Part shown: positions 61,601 to 64,000 of the stretch, piece after piece
Position numbering within the stretch: the first letter of the stretch is position 1
Layout: every line of letters begins with the position of its first letter
Source: Mobula hypostoma
Taxonomy: Eukaryota
Reading direction: 5' to 3'
Assembly (NCBI RefSeq): GCF_963921235.1
Contig: NC_086097.1
Coordinates: forward strand, 144,152,001-144,216,000
Length of the DNA: 64,000 nucleotides
Translations under genes and position numbers: made by a program
Notes under the pieces: generated by a model
What the model was told of the DNA's origin: nothing
Database searches by the model: none
The model's input: the letters and a program-made list of their open reading frames with translations, nothing else

Positions 61601-62954
61601 CCTCAACTTTTAGTTAAACTTTGAAATGATAGTTTGGCTTTACAGTGCTGGCTGATAGAAGAGTTTTATGAGCAATTGATGAGTGTAATTGATGGAGCAG
61701 GACCTACCAAAAGTAGCAGGAGTTTAACATTAGCCAACATCACACCCCTTCTTTTCCTTCATTTTCCCCTCTGCATTTCTGCTATACCACTCTTAGTACA
61801 AGCTTGGAAATTGAAAGGGTCTTTAATTTTATGGCGAGAGCACCATCTGACTATTCAGTTTCTGGCATCAACATAGTTAAATCAGGACCTGCCCCCAGTC
61901 AATCTGTACACTGCCAGCATTGAGCCAAAATAGTGGTACAGCTCCCTAGAATTATATAAACCAACGTAGCAGAGTATTTCCAAACTATTGTAATCAATCC
62001 CTCACCAGCTTTAACTAAGGGACACTGAAAAAGATTTACTAAAAGTTTAGTACTAAATGTAATCTTTTCGCATTCTATTTTGAAGACAGGGCCTTGAAAT
62101 GAACAGTATTATGTACTGTATAGACTTCTGGTAAAAATGCATTTCTGGTAACTTTCTGTCACGCCTTTTTGGCTTTTTTCCTCATCTCACCATATTGATG
62201 TCAATGTTTTTTCTAAACATTTTAAACTTTTCTTAAGTTTTTACTCCCATCCATTCTCAGTATTGTGGTTGAGAGAACAAGCCTTCAATATTTCTTCCCG
62301 TGACCCGGCACAGGTTAATAAAGCCCAAGCTTGCTCTCCCTTCTGCTCTGTCTCCCACAGATGGCTGGCTTGCTACCAAGTTCATCACTTTGGTACATGA
62401 TAAAAGGAAATCAAATGGAAGCAACGTGTCTGGGTTTGGTTGCCTTGTGATGCAAGTGGGTTTACTAATTGGATTTGCATCTCCTCATCTTCAGTGTAGT
62501 TCAATGAAAGGACAGTTACTTTTCAGACTTCTTAGAACTTAATAGTCTCCATGGACTGACTAATATGCTCCTGTCCCTTTGATAGCTAACATTCTTGGGC
62601 ACTGTTGGTGCAGGCTTAGACATAAAAGGTGGTAAAGTCTTGATGGAGTACCAGAAGTAATTAAAGTTAGATGATTCCTTTTTGTTCCTACTCCAAAACT
62701 ACAATTTGCACGCAGCTCTGAAGGGAGTACTTCAGTGAAGAGCCTGTGGGAAAGTCAACGCAAAAAAATGTCACTTCTCTCAGGAGAAAATTCTCATCTG
62801 ATAAGGCACTGTTTACTTATATGCAAGTGGTCTGAATCTAGATTCTGACCATCAGAAATTTGTGCTGAGTTTGAATCCCTCTCAATTAACATTACATTAG
62901 ACTTGGGCTACAGAGCAATTGAGTTTTATATCATAAACAGCAGTAGGGTGGGAG

Positions 62955-63270
62955 GCTGGTAATGGAGAAGGTCAGTACCAACAGCACGCAGACTTAAGAT
63001 AATTGACAAACTACCCAAGGGGAGATGAAGAGAAACATTTTACAGCACAGTAATTTTTTTGTGGTTTGGGAATGCAATACCTTGCAGGGTGATGAAAGAA
63101 GATCCAAGAATTACTTTAAAAGGAGAATAGGAAACTGAAATCAAAAGAAAATTTTGTAGGTTTATTTGGAAAAATGGGTTAGATAGGGACTAGTTGAAAA
63201 GCTCTTAAAGATCCAGCACAGGAATCATAGGGCAAACAGACTCCGCTGTATTACAATGGATTCTTTCTCT
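62955..63270 (+). mobile_element. Old CR1 3' end
   Basis: Patchy similarity to the other CR1 3' ends (AGGGGGAGATGAAGAGAAACATTTTAC, GGAATGCAATACCT). Confidence 0.55.
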
Positions 63271-63674
63271 GAGGTCCTGTGGTATTGAAGAATGCTGTCT
63301 GGTTTAGAGAAAAGATGCACAAATGTTACCAGGCCATTTTGAGACAATTTAAAATGTACAGACTGAATTAATTTTTATGTTCTTAAGATGCTTTTATTCA
63401 ACAATGTTCAGCAGGTCTTAGCTTTCAAAATACATTAATAAATAGTATTAAAGTATGAACCAAGAAAACGTTAAGTGATCTTCTCAGTTGCTGCATTTTT
63501 TAAAACCTAAATTAAAGGACACTGATGAAGGTATCAGCTTCATTACTCATAATAATATCAAACACATCTCAGCTAAGAACATCAAAGGTTAGGTCCAAAG
63601 CACTGCTATATCAAATACTTCAAGATCCAAGGACAGTGCAATTGAGATGGCAAATGAATGCTGCATTTTCTTAA

Positions 63675-64000
63675 GAGTCACATAGCCAAAGAGCACCACA
63701 GCACAGAAGGAGACCTTTATACCCATCTAGTCCCTGCCAAAATGTTATTCTGCCTAGTCCCATTGACCTACATCTGTACTATAGCCCTCTATCACCTTCC
63801 CACCCATGAGTTCATCCAAATGATGCAATCCAACTTACACCCACCACTTTGCTGGCAGCTTGTTCCAAACTCACACACCTCCTGGGTGAAGAAGCTCCCC
63901 CTTATGCTCCCCTTAAATATTTTACCTTTCACCCTTAGTCTATGACCTCAAGTTCTAGTCTCACTCAACTTTAGCGGAAAATGCTTGCTTACATTTACCC
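63675..64000 (-). mobile_element. CR1 3' end, runs off the window
   Basis: GGGTGAAGAAGCTCCCCCTTATGCTCCCCTTAAATATTTTACCTTTCACCCTT matches 52980-53035. Confidence 0.85.

Overview
Repeat-dominated vertebrate nuclear DNA. It is most likely from a cartilaginous fish, probably a ray or skate; this is inferred from the repeat mix and was not verified. No host protein-coding gene, RNA gene, CRISPR array or prokaryotic feature could be supported. Essentially all recognisable coding signal is decayed retroelement: a Ty3/Gypsy pol plus a gag/LTR piece, many CR1 LINEs, many Rex1/Babar-type LINEs (one with a 341-aa open RT frame), an RTE LINE, an L1 3' end, tRNA-derived SINEs, two ~80-bp hAT-type MITEs, solo LTRs, a deleted endogenous retrovirus (tRNA-Pro PBS, protease remnant) and Penelope-like elements (PLEs). 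The most interesting signal is a set of five tiny (70-164 bp) PLE terminal-repeat insertions, each with a perfect 8-15 bp target-site duplication (TSD). Four of them carry whole or truncated minimal hammerhead ribozyme motifs at their 5' end or inversion junction. There is also a nested insertion cluster that creates a long inverted repeat, and a chimeric Gypsy junction. Boundaries without a quoted motif are approximate, and identities were estimated by eye.
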